64,000 nucleotides of DNA from Candidatus Omnitrophota bacterium (lineage in GTDB: Bacteria; Omnitrophota; Gorgyraeia; 2-01-FULL-45-10), in contig JAQVUX010000006.1 in the NCBI GenBank assembly GCA_028699255.1, positions 89,928-153,927 of the forward strand, given 5' to 3'. Within the stretch, counting starts at the first letter, position 1, and the number at the start of each line of letters is the position of its first letter. The notes beneath the pieces are model-generated. The model did no database searches, was not told the DNA's origin, and saw only the letters and a list, made by a program, of their open reading frames with translations. The position numbers and the translations under genes are program-made. Below are positions 18,358-26,978 of this stretch, piece by piece.

Positions 18358-19178
18358 TGACGACACCTATAGCTATAAAGCAGTTGTTCCTTAATTACAA
18401 AGGCGGTACGGGGAAGACGAGTATATCCTCCGCGTACGGTTATTGCCTGGCGGGCATGGGCAAGCGCGTCCTTATGGTGGATCTCGACGCCCAGGCGCAC
18501 CTGACGGCATGTTTAAACCATAATGATGCGGCGCGTCCGGATAAAAGTTTATATAGCATTATGATAAACGGCGGCAATGTCTCCGATATCATAAGGCCTA
18601 CATCGCTTCCTTCCATGCACGTTATCCCGTCGTCGCTCTCGCTGTCCGCAATGGAAGTGCCATTGTTTAAAATGCACCTGAGGGAATTTCGCCTGCGCCA
18701 GGTGCTCAAGCCCGTAGAAAAAGATTACGACTACATTATTATAGACTCCGCGCCGAATATAAACCTCCTGGGCCTTAACGCCATCCTTGCTTCCGACGAA
18801 ATATTAATACCGCTCTTGGCCGATTTCCTTTCATTCCATGGCTTGAAGTTGCTTATGGAAACGCTTGCCTCTATCGAGACAGATTTCGGATTTTATCTGA
18901 GGAATATAAACATATTCCTGAACCGCTTCAACGCGCAGTACCCTATATGCTCCGAATGTAAAGAAGCGGTGCATAAATTCTATCCGGAATACGCGCTGGA
19001 GACGGTTATACGAGAATCGCACGAGATAATAGACGCTTCAAGCACGGGCAAATCGATATTCGAGCTTTACCCGGAATCAAAAGTGGCCTCGGATATAATG
19101 AGCCTGGTACTGGAAGTAAACGATGAGAAGCTCGGGGATGCCCCAAACCGGAGAATTAAATATGAAGAAAAAGTTTGA
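18357..19178 (+). CDS. ParA/MinD-family P-loop ATPase (no N-terminal HTH)
   Basis: Deviant Walker A 'KGGTGKTS', 'VLMVDLDAQ', Walker B 'IIIDSAP'. Confidence 0.8.
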   Translation: MTTPIAIKQLFLNYKGGTGKTSISSAYGYCLAGMGKRVLMVDLDAQAHLTACLNHNDAARPDKSLYSIMINGGNVSDIIRPTSLPSMHVIPSSLSLSAMEVPLFKMHLREFRLRQVLKPVEKDYDYIIIDSAPNINLLGLNAILASDEILIPLLADFLSFHGLKLLMETLASIETDFGFYLRNINIFLNRFNAQYPICSECKEAVHKFYPEYALETVIRESHEIIDASSTGKSIFELYPESKVASDIMSLVLEVNDEKLGDAPNRRIKYEEKV

Positions 19179-19701
19179 AGACAATGTAGCGGCCGATATA
19201 CCGAAGACAAAATTGCACGAGCCGAACCTGCCGTGGAAATTGACCGAAGACGAAGTCGGGCAGATATCCCCCGGTAACGAAGAGTTCAAAGATGCTATAA
19301 GCGGCACGCCGCCGCTTAAGACACGCGCGCCATTTTTGATACTTCTGGTCGTGGGCATATTCGGCATCACCACATATATGATATCGAGCGGCATTGTGGA
19401 AAATGGGAAGATACACGACAATATGTCTAAGGCCCAGGCCGAGCTTTCCGCCGCGCAGTTGAACCTGGTAAAGACGGTTGCCGAAAAGGACGCCATAAAT
19501 AAAAATTCTGCCCAGCTTGAAAAAAAAGTCAGTGATCTGATGGCGCAGAAGAAGCTTTTCGCGAATGTCATAGAAACTCTTACGAGGAAGGGCGAGGACA
19601 TCGATGCGATCCCGTCCGCGCCGGTACTTACGATGACACAGCCGGTTAATGCTTCTTCCGATAATACCGCTGTAGATTCACGGACAGCGCAAAACAGATA
19701 G
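19162..19701 (+). CDS. Membrane-anchored coiled-coil protein (probable start ATG 19162; ORF track start 19123 overlaps ParA)
   Basis: TM helix 'FLILLVVGIFGITTYMI' then coiled-coil; GGAG RBS before 19162. Confidence 0.5.
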   Translation: MKKKFEDNVAADIPKTKLHEPNLPWKLTEDEVGQISPGNEEFKDAISGTPPLKTRAPFLILLVVGIFGITTYMISSGIVENGKIHDNMSKAQAELSAAQLNLVKTVAEKDAINKNSAQLEKKVSDLMAQKKLFANVIETLTRKGEDIDAIPSAPVLTMTQPVNASSDNTAVDSRTAQNR

Positions 19702-19710
19702 GGCGGGTGT

Positions 19711-22452
19711 ATGTTAAAACCTATGCCGAAGATTTTTATAAGAAGTGTGGTTATATTATCGGTATCGGTATTTGCTGTATCTTTTGCCTGTGCCCAGGAA
19801 AGCTCATTCTATCAGCTTAATCAGAAATCCGCCGAATTCGCACGCCAGGGCAGATACGACGAATCTCTCCAATTTGCCAGGCAGGCCATTGAAACGGCAA
19901 AGAAGGAATTTGGCCCGTATCATGACAATGTAGCCATGGCGCTTAATACTCTCGCGGCCATATATACTTCCCAGGGAAAATATTCTAAAGCGGAAAAGGC
20001 TCTAAAAAGAGTCCTCGCTATAAGGACGCTCGCCGTAGGGGATACGGTAGTGAGCAAAAATTATTCCGATATTGCCACGGCTATGCGCAACCTGGCTAAA
20101 CTTTACGCGGAGGCGGGCAAATATACTCGCGCCGAGAAATTTATAAAACGCGCCATAAAGATGGATATCAAAGCCGCAGGGGAAAATTACCCACAGCGTC
20201 AGGCGGACCTGAAATTTTTAATAGGCGTGTGCGAGACGCAGGGGCGGGCCGCGGACGCGCGGGACGCGTATAAACTGCTTCTCGATAATTATGAAACTTC
20301 CGGTGCGGCCGACAATCCATCAACGGCAATTGCGGCGAACAATCTCGCAAACATATACCTGGTAGAAAAGAAATACGCGGAAGCTGAAATGTTGCTCAAA
20401 CGCGCTCTCGCGATAAACGAAAAGATGCTCGCTCCGGATGACGCGGGTGTAGCCGTATCTTTGAATAACCTTGCCGCCGTGTATATCAGCGAGCTCAAAT
20501 ATGCAGAGGCGGAGACTCTTTTATTAAGATCGCTGGCGATATCCGAGAAAATATATGGGAAGGAATCCCCGGAGATAATAAGCGGACTAAATAATCTTGC
20601 CACCGTCTATTCATGCCTGAAGAAGAACGCCGAAGCCGAAGCGCTTTATAAAAGGGTGGTGGAAATAAGCGAAACCTCGCCTAAGATGAACAGGGAAGAG
20701 CTTGCCAAGGCGTTGAATAATCTCGCGGCTATATATTCTTACGGAAAACGGTACGCAGAAACAGAACCGATTCTTAAAAAAGAACTTGAGCTTAATGAAA
20801 GCCTGCATGGAGCCAATGATCTGTCGGTGGCGATATCGCTTAATAATCTCGCGGCCGCTTATCTTTTTCAGGCTAAGATAGATATGTCCGAGCCTGCTTT
20901 CAAGCGCGCTCTCGCGATAGGCGAAAGATGCATTGCTGAAAATCCATCAATAGCCGCGGCGTCGTATGCGGGACTCGGCAAGATATACGAATCACAGGGC
21001 AAATATTCCGAGGCTGAAGGTTTCTACGTAAAGATGGTAGAGCTCTACAATAAGACTTTCGATAAATATTCGCCGGAAATAGCCTCAGCCTCCAGCGATC
21101 TTGCCAGGATATACATGGCGCAGAAGAAATACTCCGAAGCTGAAGAATTGCTCAAACGTTGCCTGGAGATAAACGAGCATAATCTCGGGGCGGATCATCA
21201 TACGGTAGCCGTATCCTTGAATAATCTTGCCGCCGCGTATAGCAATGAAGGTAAATATTCGGAATCCGAGCCTCTCTTGATAAGAGCCCTGGAGATCGAC
21301 GAGAAAGCGCTTGGACAGGATTCTCCGGAGATAGTCACCGGCCTGAATAATCTCGCCACAGTGTATTCGTATCAGAATAAATATCCGGAAGCGGAGGCTC
21401 TTTACAAAAGGGCGCTTCTCATAAACGAGAAGGCTTATGGGCCCGACAGCGCGGAATTGGCCGGCTGGCTTAACAGGGTAGCGACGGCTTATTCCTACCA
21501 AAAAAAATATACTCACGCTATAAGCGCGTTAAAGCGCGCGATAGAGATAAATGAAAAGAATTTTGGACCAGATAACCGCGCCGCCGCAGTTTATCTTAAT
21601 AATCTCGCCGCCACCTACTGCAATTGTGGTAAATATCCGGAAGCGGAGCCGCTTATATTGAAGGCGCTTGCTATTGACAGGGCTTCTTGCGGTGAAGATT
21701 CGATCGAAGTTTCCTCCGATTTAAATAACCTGGCTACAGTTTATTCGAACGAGGGTAAATATCAGGAGGCCGAAGGCGTCCTGATCGGCGCGTTGGACAT
21801 GGATGAAAGAGTGTTTGGCATAATGCATTCGGAAACGATGACGACACTCAGGAACCTGGTGAATCTATACGAATCCCAGGGCAAATATTCCGAGGCTGAA
21901 GGTTTCTACGTAAAGATGGTAGAGCTCTACAATAAGACGTTCGATAAATATTCGCCGGAAATAGCCTCAGCCTCCAGCGATCTTGCCAGGATATACATGG
22001 CGCAGAAGAAATACTCCGAAGCCGAAGAATTGCTCAAACGTTGCCTGGAGATAAACGAGCATAATCTCGGGGCGGATCATCATACGTTAGCCGTATCCTT
22101 GAATAATCTCGCCGCCGCGTACAGTAATGAAGGTAAATATTCGGAATCCGAGCCTCTCTTGATAAGAGCCCTGGAGATCGACGAGAAAGCGCTTGGACAG
22201 GATTCTCCGGAGATAGTCACCGGCCTGAATAATCTCGCCACAGTGTATTCGTATCAGAATAAATATCCGGAAGCGGAGGCTCTTTACAAAAGGGCGCTTC
22301 TGATAAGCGAGAAGGCTTATGGGCCCGACAGCGCGGAACTCGTGGGGACATTGACCAACATGTCAATTTTATATGAAAAGACCGCACGTGGTGAAGAAGC
22401 CAGGGCTTTTGAGGAACGCGCCAGAAGTATATACGAAAAGCGGCGTGGATAG
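19711..22452 (+). CDS. TPR-repeat protein (kinesin-light-chain-type TPR_10/12 units), signal peptide
   Basis: Many repeats of 'NLAxxYxxxGKYxEAEPLxxRALxI'. Confidence 0.8.
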   Translation: MLKPMPKIFIRSVVILSVSVFAVSFACAQESSFYQLNQKSAEFARQGRYDESLQFARQAIETAKKEFGPYHDNVAMALNTLAAIYTSQGKYSKAEKALKRVLAIRTLAVGDTVVSKNYSDIATAMRNLAKLYAEAGKYTRAEKFIKRAIKMDIKAAGENYPQRQADLKFLIGVCETQGRAADARDAYKLLLDNYETSGAADNPSTAIAANNLANIYLVEKKYAEAEMLLKRALAINEKMLAPDDAGVAVSLNNLAAVYISELKYAEAETLLLRSLAISEKIYGKESPEIISGLNNLATVYSCLKKNAEAEALYKRVVEISETSPKMNREELAKALNNLAAIYSYGKRYAETEPILKKELELNESLHGANDLSVAISLNNLAAAYLFQAKIDMSEPAFKRALAIGERCIAENPSIAAASYAGLGKIYESQGKYSEAEGFYVKMVELYNKTFDKYSPEIASASSDLARIYMAQKKYSEAEELLKRCLEINEHNLGADHHTVAVSLNNLAAAYSNEGKYSESEPLLIRALEIDEKALGQDSPEIVTGLNNLATVYSYQNKYPEAEALYKRALLINEKAYGPDSAELAGWLNRVATAYSYQKKYTHAISALKRAIEINEKNFGPDNRAAAVYLNNLAATYCNCGKYPEAEPLILKALAIDRASCGEDSIEVSSDLNNLATVYSNEGKYQEAEGVLIGALDMDERVFGIMHSETMTTLRNLVNLYESQGKYSEAEGFYVKMVELYNKTFDKYSPEIASASSDLARIYMAQKKYSEAEELLKRCLEINEHNLGADHHTLAVSLNNLAAAYSNEGKYSESEPLLIRALEIDEKALGQDSPEIVTGLNNLATVYSYQNKYPEAEALYKRALLISEKAYGPDSAELVGTLTNMSILYEKTARGEEARAFEERARSIYEKRRG
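20985..21465. repeat. Intragenic ~480-bp direct repeat, copy A (in TPR gene)
   Basis: ~98% identical to 21867..22347, offset 882 bp (in frame, 294 aa). Confidence 0.85.
21867..22347. repeat. Intragenic ~480-bp direct repeat, copy B (in TPR gene)
   Basis: See copy A. Confidence 0.85.
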
Positions 22453-22461
22453 ATTTGACTT

Positions 22462-23625
22462 TTGTATGGTTATAAGGTATACTGGAAAAAGTTAGTTACT
22501 AACCTGGTTAAGAAAATGAAAAAATTAAAAAAATATCAATTTAGTTTTCAGGAACTTTCAGATAAGGATATCAAAAGCCTTAAAATACTGGAGCTTATAA
22601 CCAGGAAGGGCGTGATCTCCCGTACGGAGATATCCAAAGCCACAGGTATAAATATAGTTTCGACATCTAATTATATTAAAGAATATATAGCTGATAAACT
22701 CGTCCTGGAAAAGGGTTTTGATGTATCGACCGGTGGCAGGAAACCGGAGCTCATAGAACTGGATAAGTCCGACAACCGTGTGATTGGCGCGCATATAGCC
22801 CAGGAATATATTTACATTACGCTGACCAATATGGGGTTGGATATTATAGAGAAAATTCGGATACCGCGGCCTAATGGAAAAATAAAAGATGCCATCGAGC
22901 CGATGTGTAAAACTATAGAAGAAATGGCGCGAAAAGCGGGATTGGCCGCCGGCGGCATAAAAGCCGTAGGATTAGGGGTAAAGATTCCTGCGGGTGATCA
23001 CGGGGTGATAGGTAAAAAGATCGAAGATATTCTCGGTATCGAGACGTTTGTCGGAGACGAGCCTCTATGCGCGGCCTTTGCCGAGAAGACGCTGAACAAG
23101 GATGCTCTTGCCGGCGATATTCTCTATATATATTCCGATGCGGGCAACGCTGTAGTTGTCAAAAACGATGGCAGTATAGTTTCGCGTAGTGAATCAAAAT
23201 ATCTTGGCCCCTGGAGCGACGAATTCGGCATACTGCGCCTTGCTAAATACGACGTTGCCAGAGGCGTAGGAACATCCATGGTAGAGCTTGCCCATGGCAG
23301 GATCGATAATATGTCCATCAGGACGGTGATAGATGCCGCCGCCGGTAGAGATGAGGTCGCCTTAAGCATTATGCGTTCCGTCGGCATGATATTAGGACTG
23401 CGTATCGCTTACTTAGTCAACATCTTCGGCCCAAAGACGGTTGTGATCGGCGGAGGGTTTGAGGCGGCCGGAGACCTTATTCTCGAGCCGATAAAAAAGA
23501 TGATCGGAAAATTAGCGCTCAAAAATTATTCTGGTACAACGGTTATGCCGGGGATGTTTAGCGAGGATGCCGTGAGCATAGGCGCGGCAACGCTTGCGGC
23601 CCGGGAGATTTTTCTTGAGGCCTAA
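22462..23625 (+). CDS. ROK-family protein (N-terminal wHTH + sugar-kinase-like domain; NagC/XylR-type regulator); alternative start ATG 22516
   Basis: 'ISRTEISKATGINIVSTSNYIKEY' HTH, Gly-rich ROK core 'VVIGGGF'. Confidence 0.7.
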   Translation: MYGYKVYWKKLVTNLVKKMKKLKKYQFSFQELSDKDIKSLKILELITRKGVISRTEISKATGINIVSTSNYIKEYIADKLVLEKGFDVSTGGRKPELIELDKSDNRVIGAHIAQEYIYITLTNMGLDIIEKIRIPRPNGKIKDAIEPMCKTIEEMARKAGLAAGGIKAVGLGVKIPAGDHGVIGKKIEDILGIETFVGDEPLCAAFAEKTLNKDALAGDILYIYSDAGNAVVVKNDGSIVSRSESKYLGPWSDEFGILRLAKYDVARGVGTSMVELAHGRIDNMSIRTVIDAAAGRDEVALSIMRSVGMILGLRIAYLVNIFGPKTVVIGGGFEAAGDLILEPIKKMIGKLALKNYSGTTVMPGMFSEDAVSIGAATLAAREIFLEA

Positions 23626-23637
23626 ACATAGAGAGGT

Positions 23638-24000
23638 ATGCTTATGACAGAAGAAAAAAGTTGCCGTATATGCGGTAAGCCGTTCCTTCCCAATAAATAT
23701 CGTCCGAACCAGACGATATGTTCCTCTCTTGAGTGCCAGTACCAGCGCCAGCTTGAAAATATGAAGAAATGGCGCGATAGAAATCCGCATTATTTCAAAT
23801 ATAAAGAGACCCGGGATTCTTCCTGGAAGGAGACATGCCGCCAGCGTTCGCTCGATTGGCGCAAGAAACACCAGGAATATCTTAAACTTTATCGGGAAGA
23901 GCACCGTCAGCGCCATCGCGAGTACATGAGAGACTACATGAGGGAATATAGAAAACAGAATGGCTTGGCGGAAAAGAATATCCAGGATAGCAGTAAATAA
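23638..24000 (+). CDS. Zinc-ribbon (CxxC...C) basic protein, hypothetical
   Basis: 'CRICGKPF...CSSLEC' then R/K/E-rich tail. Confidence 0.45.
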   Translation: MLMTEEKSCRICGKPFLPNKYRPNQTICSSLECQYQRQLENMKKWRDRNPHYFKYKETRDSSWKETCRQRSLDWRKKHQEYLKLYREEHRQRHREYMRDYMREYRKQNGLAEKNIQDSSK

Positions 24001-24012
24001 TAAGGAAATCTT

Positions 24013-25683
24013 TTGAATACAAATAAAGCTGTGTTTCTTTTCGGAATGTTATTTTTTTTCCTTGCCATGTTTGGGGTAGGGGAAAGTCATGTTTTTGCCG
24101 CCACGACCTCAGGTGAGCCGGTAAAAGAGCTACAGCCGGCGGTAAAAAATGTAAACAGCGAAGTCGTTCCGAATGAGAAACGGATGACGCTTAATATCGA
24201 CCGAGGCAACTCAGCCGGCGAGAAAAAATTTACTATAGGTATGACCCCTCCCGCAAGCATGATGGCCAGCAAGAAAGGCTCTCCCTCCGATCCCGGCACC
24301 GGCGTTGTGCGTGGCCTTAAAAGCAAAAGGCCGATCGGCGGCATATATAACCTGCAAGAGTGTATAGATATCGCGGTGAACAATCACTTGCCTTTACAAA
24401 TAGCGAAGAAGAGCGTCAGGCTTGCCGAGATGCGCCTCTTTGAAGCGCGTCGTAATCTGTTACCTTCGGCATCGATCGATTATCAGGAATACCACGGTAG
24501 GATAAGCGGGCAGGCATATGTCGGCCGCAAACAGATATTAGAAGGGCAACAGCCGATATTCCGCGGCGGTGAACTATTCTATACCATGAAGCAATCCGAA
24601 GTGAACCTGGCTATAACAAAAAATGATTATGGCAGAATACGCAACGACCTTGTGCTTCAGATCAAAAAAGCCTATTACACACTGGCTAAAGCAAAAGGTA
24701 ATATGCGGATGCAGGAGGATCTGGCAAAAGAGGTTGAGAGGATCCTCGGTATGGTTACCAGGCAAGCCGAAGCGGGAATAATTTCAAAAATTGAGGTTTT
24801 GAATGTTTCATCCCAGGCCAGCCAGGCGAAGTACCAGCTCGCCTCAGCCGAAGGAGATCTCTCTATAGCGCGTCTCATTCTTAAACAGGCTATGAATGTG
24901 GATCCTAAAGAAGAAGTGGATGTTAAAGAGATTGCGGAATTTAAAAAAGTCGAAGTGGATTACGAAAAGGCGCTCAGCATAGCCACGGTGAACCGTCCGG
25001 AAATGAAGATAAACTCCATGATGATAGAGTACTATAATTATGGCAAAGGCATAGCTAAAGCGAAGTTCTGGCCGAAAGTGGATCTTCTGGGTTCATGGGG
25101 GCTGGCAAAGGAAGAGATAGCGCCCGACGATGTCGATACGTCCAATGCTAACGATGCCGACCAGAAACTTGGACAGCAATGGTACGCGGGTTTAAAAGTC
25201 GGAGTTCCCCTCTGGGGTTCATCCGGAGAATGGTCGCTGACGAAAGAGCAGTGGGTGCCTGTAGTCAGTACGTACCACGGCACATCAGCTACCACGATGG
25301 ATATGAAATTAAAGATATTGGATAAGCTCGATTCGTACTCAGAAAAGCAACTATCGGAAATAGATTTTGACAAGGCCAGGCAGGAATTCAATAAGATAAG
25401 ACAGGATGTGACCCTCGAGGTTAGCGAAGGATGTTTTAATTACCAGAAAGCCGTGATCCAGGCGGATACGGCGGCGAATAAAGTGAAATATCAGTCGAGC
25501 GACCTGGAATTAGTTAAACTCAAGCGCGCGCTTGACGAGGCCCAGGACTCGAATGTAATAGAGAGCATGATAAGGCTGGCGCAGGAAAAATTCGGATACT
25601 TGCAGGCGCTGGCGGATTGCCACATAACTATCGCCGGGATAAATAAGGCTATAGGCGTGGAAGACTATTACAAAGACGAATAA
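24013..25683 (+). CDS. Outer-membrane efflux protein (TolC/OEP family), TTG start
   Basis: Signal peptide; two-repeat OEP-like helical/beta pattern; first gene of efflux operon. Confidence 0.7.
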   Translation: MNTNKAVFLFGMLFFFLAMFGVGESHVFAATTSGEPVKELQPAVKNVNSEVVPNEKRMTLNIDRGNSAGEKKFTIGMTPPASMMASKKGSPSDPGTGVVRGLKSKRPIGGIYNLQECIDIAVNNHLPLQIAKKSVRLAEMRLFEARRNLLPSASIDYQEYHGRISGQAYVGRKQILEGQQPIFRGGELFYTMKQSEVNLAITKNDYGRIRNDLVLQIKKAYYTLAKAKGNMRMQEDLAKEVERILGMVTRQAEAGIISKIEVLNVSSQASQAKYQLASAEGDLSIARLILKQAMNVDPKEEVDVKEIAEFKKVEVDYEKALSIATVNRPEMKINSMMIEYYNYGKGIAKAKFWPKVDLLGSWGLAKEEIAPDDVDTSNANDADQKLGQQWYAGLKVGVPLWGSSGEWSLTKEQWVPVVSTYHGTSATTMDMKLKILDKLDSYSEKQLSEIDFDKARQEFNKIRQDVTLEVSEGCFNYQKAVIQADTAANKVKYQSSDLELVKLKRALDEAQDSNVIESMIRLAQEKFGYLQALADCHITIAGINKAIGVEDYYKDE

Positions 25684-25718
25684 GGTATAGATAACCGGAT
25701 TTCGAAGAACTTAAGGAG

Positions 25719-26969
25719 ATGAAGATGGAAAATCCTGGCGACAAGCTTACAATGGATATTGAACCAAAAAAGAAGGGTTCGAAGAAGCGGCTGATAGTAA
25801 TATTACTCGTCGTGGTTGTAGGTGTTATAGTCCTGGCGCGCATGGGCGCGAATATTCAGAACGCGCTTTTTAAAAAGAAGACTCCGGCCGGGAAATCCGC
25901 CGCTATAAAATTTGAAGAGGAAGCGACTCCTGTAAAGGCGTTCAAGACGAAGAAGACGGAGTTTAAAGATACACTGCCGGCCATAGGCAGTGTCAAAGGC
26001 TTTAAAGAGATAGAGCTTAAGTTCCAGGTGGCCGGGATCATAGAGAGTTTCAATTTTGAGGAAGGCGAGAAAATACAGGAAGGCGATATCATAGCCAGCC
26101 TTGTGCAGAAGGACGCTCTTTTAAAACTGAAGTACGCGGAGATAGAGCTTAGTAAGAACCAGAAATTATTCGATATCGGCGCGATAAATCCCATCAAACT
26201 TGAGCAGGGAAAACTTGAATACGAATCCGCTAAATCGGAACTTGATAAAACCAATATATATGCCATTTCGAACGGGCTTTTGGGTTCCAGGATAATAGAT
26301 GCCGGCAGTTATGTTACTCCGAACGATAGAGTAGGCATTTTTGTCGATATAGATAAAGTGTACGCCGAATTCAGTATAATAGAAAAGGACGTACCGAAAG
26401 TGTCTCTGGGCCAGAAGGCGGAGGTGTTTGCTGACGCGTACCCGGCCAAGGTTTTTAATGGTTCCGTTGACAGGATATCCCCAATAATAGAGGGGAGGAG
26501 CCGCACTGAAAACATAAAGATAGAGCTCGATAACAAGGATGGCTTCCTGCGGCCCGGCATGTTCGTTCGCGCCCAGATAGCGACTTATGACAAGAAAGAT
26601 GTGATAGTGGTGCCTTCGTCCGGATTAAAGAAGAAAGACAATGATTACTTTGTGTATGTCGTACAGAAGGAAGAGCCGAAGCCCGTCGAGGCCGCGCCGG
26701 CGCCGAAGGTAAAATCGCAGAAACAGGTATGGCCTTTCGGTAAGAAGAAAGAAGCCGCGAAGGAAGAAGCAAGGCCGGCTGTCCCCGAAAAAGCGCCGGA
26801 GTTAGGCCTTGTCGAAATAAGAAAAGTCAAACCCGGATATATGACTCAGGACTTAGTAGAGATAGACGAGGGATTGAACGAAGACGAGATAATAATCATA
26901 GAGATACAGGAAGAGTTTAAGGATAAGTCTAAAGTAGAGATTTCCGAGATGCAGGAAGGACTGATTTAA
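25719..26969 (+). CDS. Efflux RND periplasmic adaptor (membrane fusion protein, HlyD-like)
   Basis: N-terminal TM anchor, lipoyl/beta-barrel pattern 'GSVKGFKEIELKFQVAGII', AAGGAG RBS. Confidence 0.8.
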   Translation: MKMENPGDKLTMDIEPKKKGSKKRLIVILLVVVVGVIVLARMGANIQNALFKKKTPAGKSAAIKFEEEATPVKAFKTKKTEFKDTLPAIGSVKGFKEIELKFQVAGIIESFNFEEGEKIQEGDIIASLVQKDALLKLKYAEIELSKNQKLFDIGAINPIKLEQGKLEYESAKSELDKTNIYAISNGLLGSRIIDAGSYVTPNDRVGIFVDIDKVYAEFSIIEKDVPKVSLGQKAEVFADAYPAKVFNGSVDRISPIIEGRSRTENIKIELDNKDGFLRPGMFVRAQIATYDKKDVIVVPSSGLKKKDNDYFVYVVQKEEPKPVEAAPAPKVKSQKQVWPFGKKKEAAKEEARPAVPEKAPELGLVEIRKVKPGYMTQDLVEIDEGLNEDEIIIIEIQEEFKDKSKVEISEMQEGLI

Positions 26970-26978
26970 GGCGGTATA

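Noticed and set aside
17679-18500. 273-aa Ser/Ala/Phe-rich minus-strand ORF
   Set aside because: Antisense mirror of the K/E-rich coiled-coil gene (low-complexity codon complement); overlaps confident + strand genes
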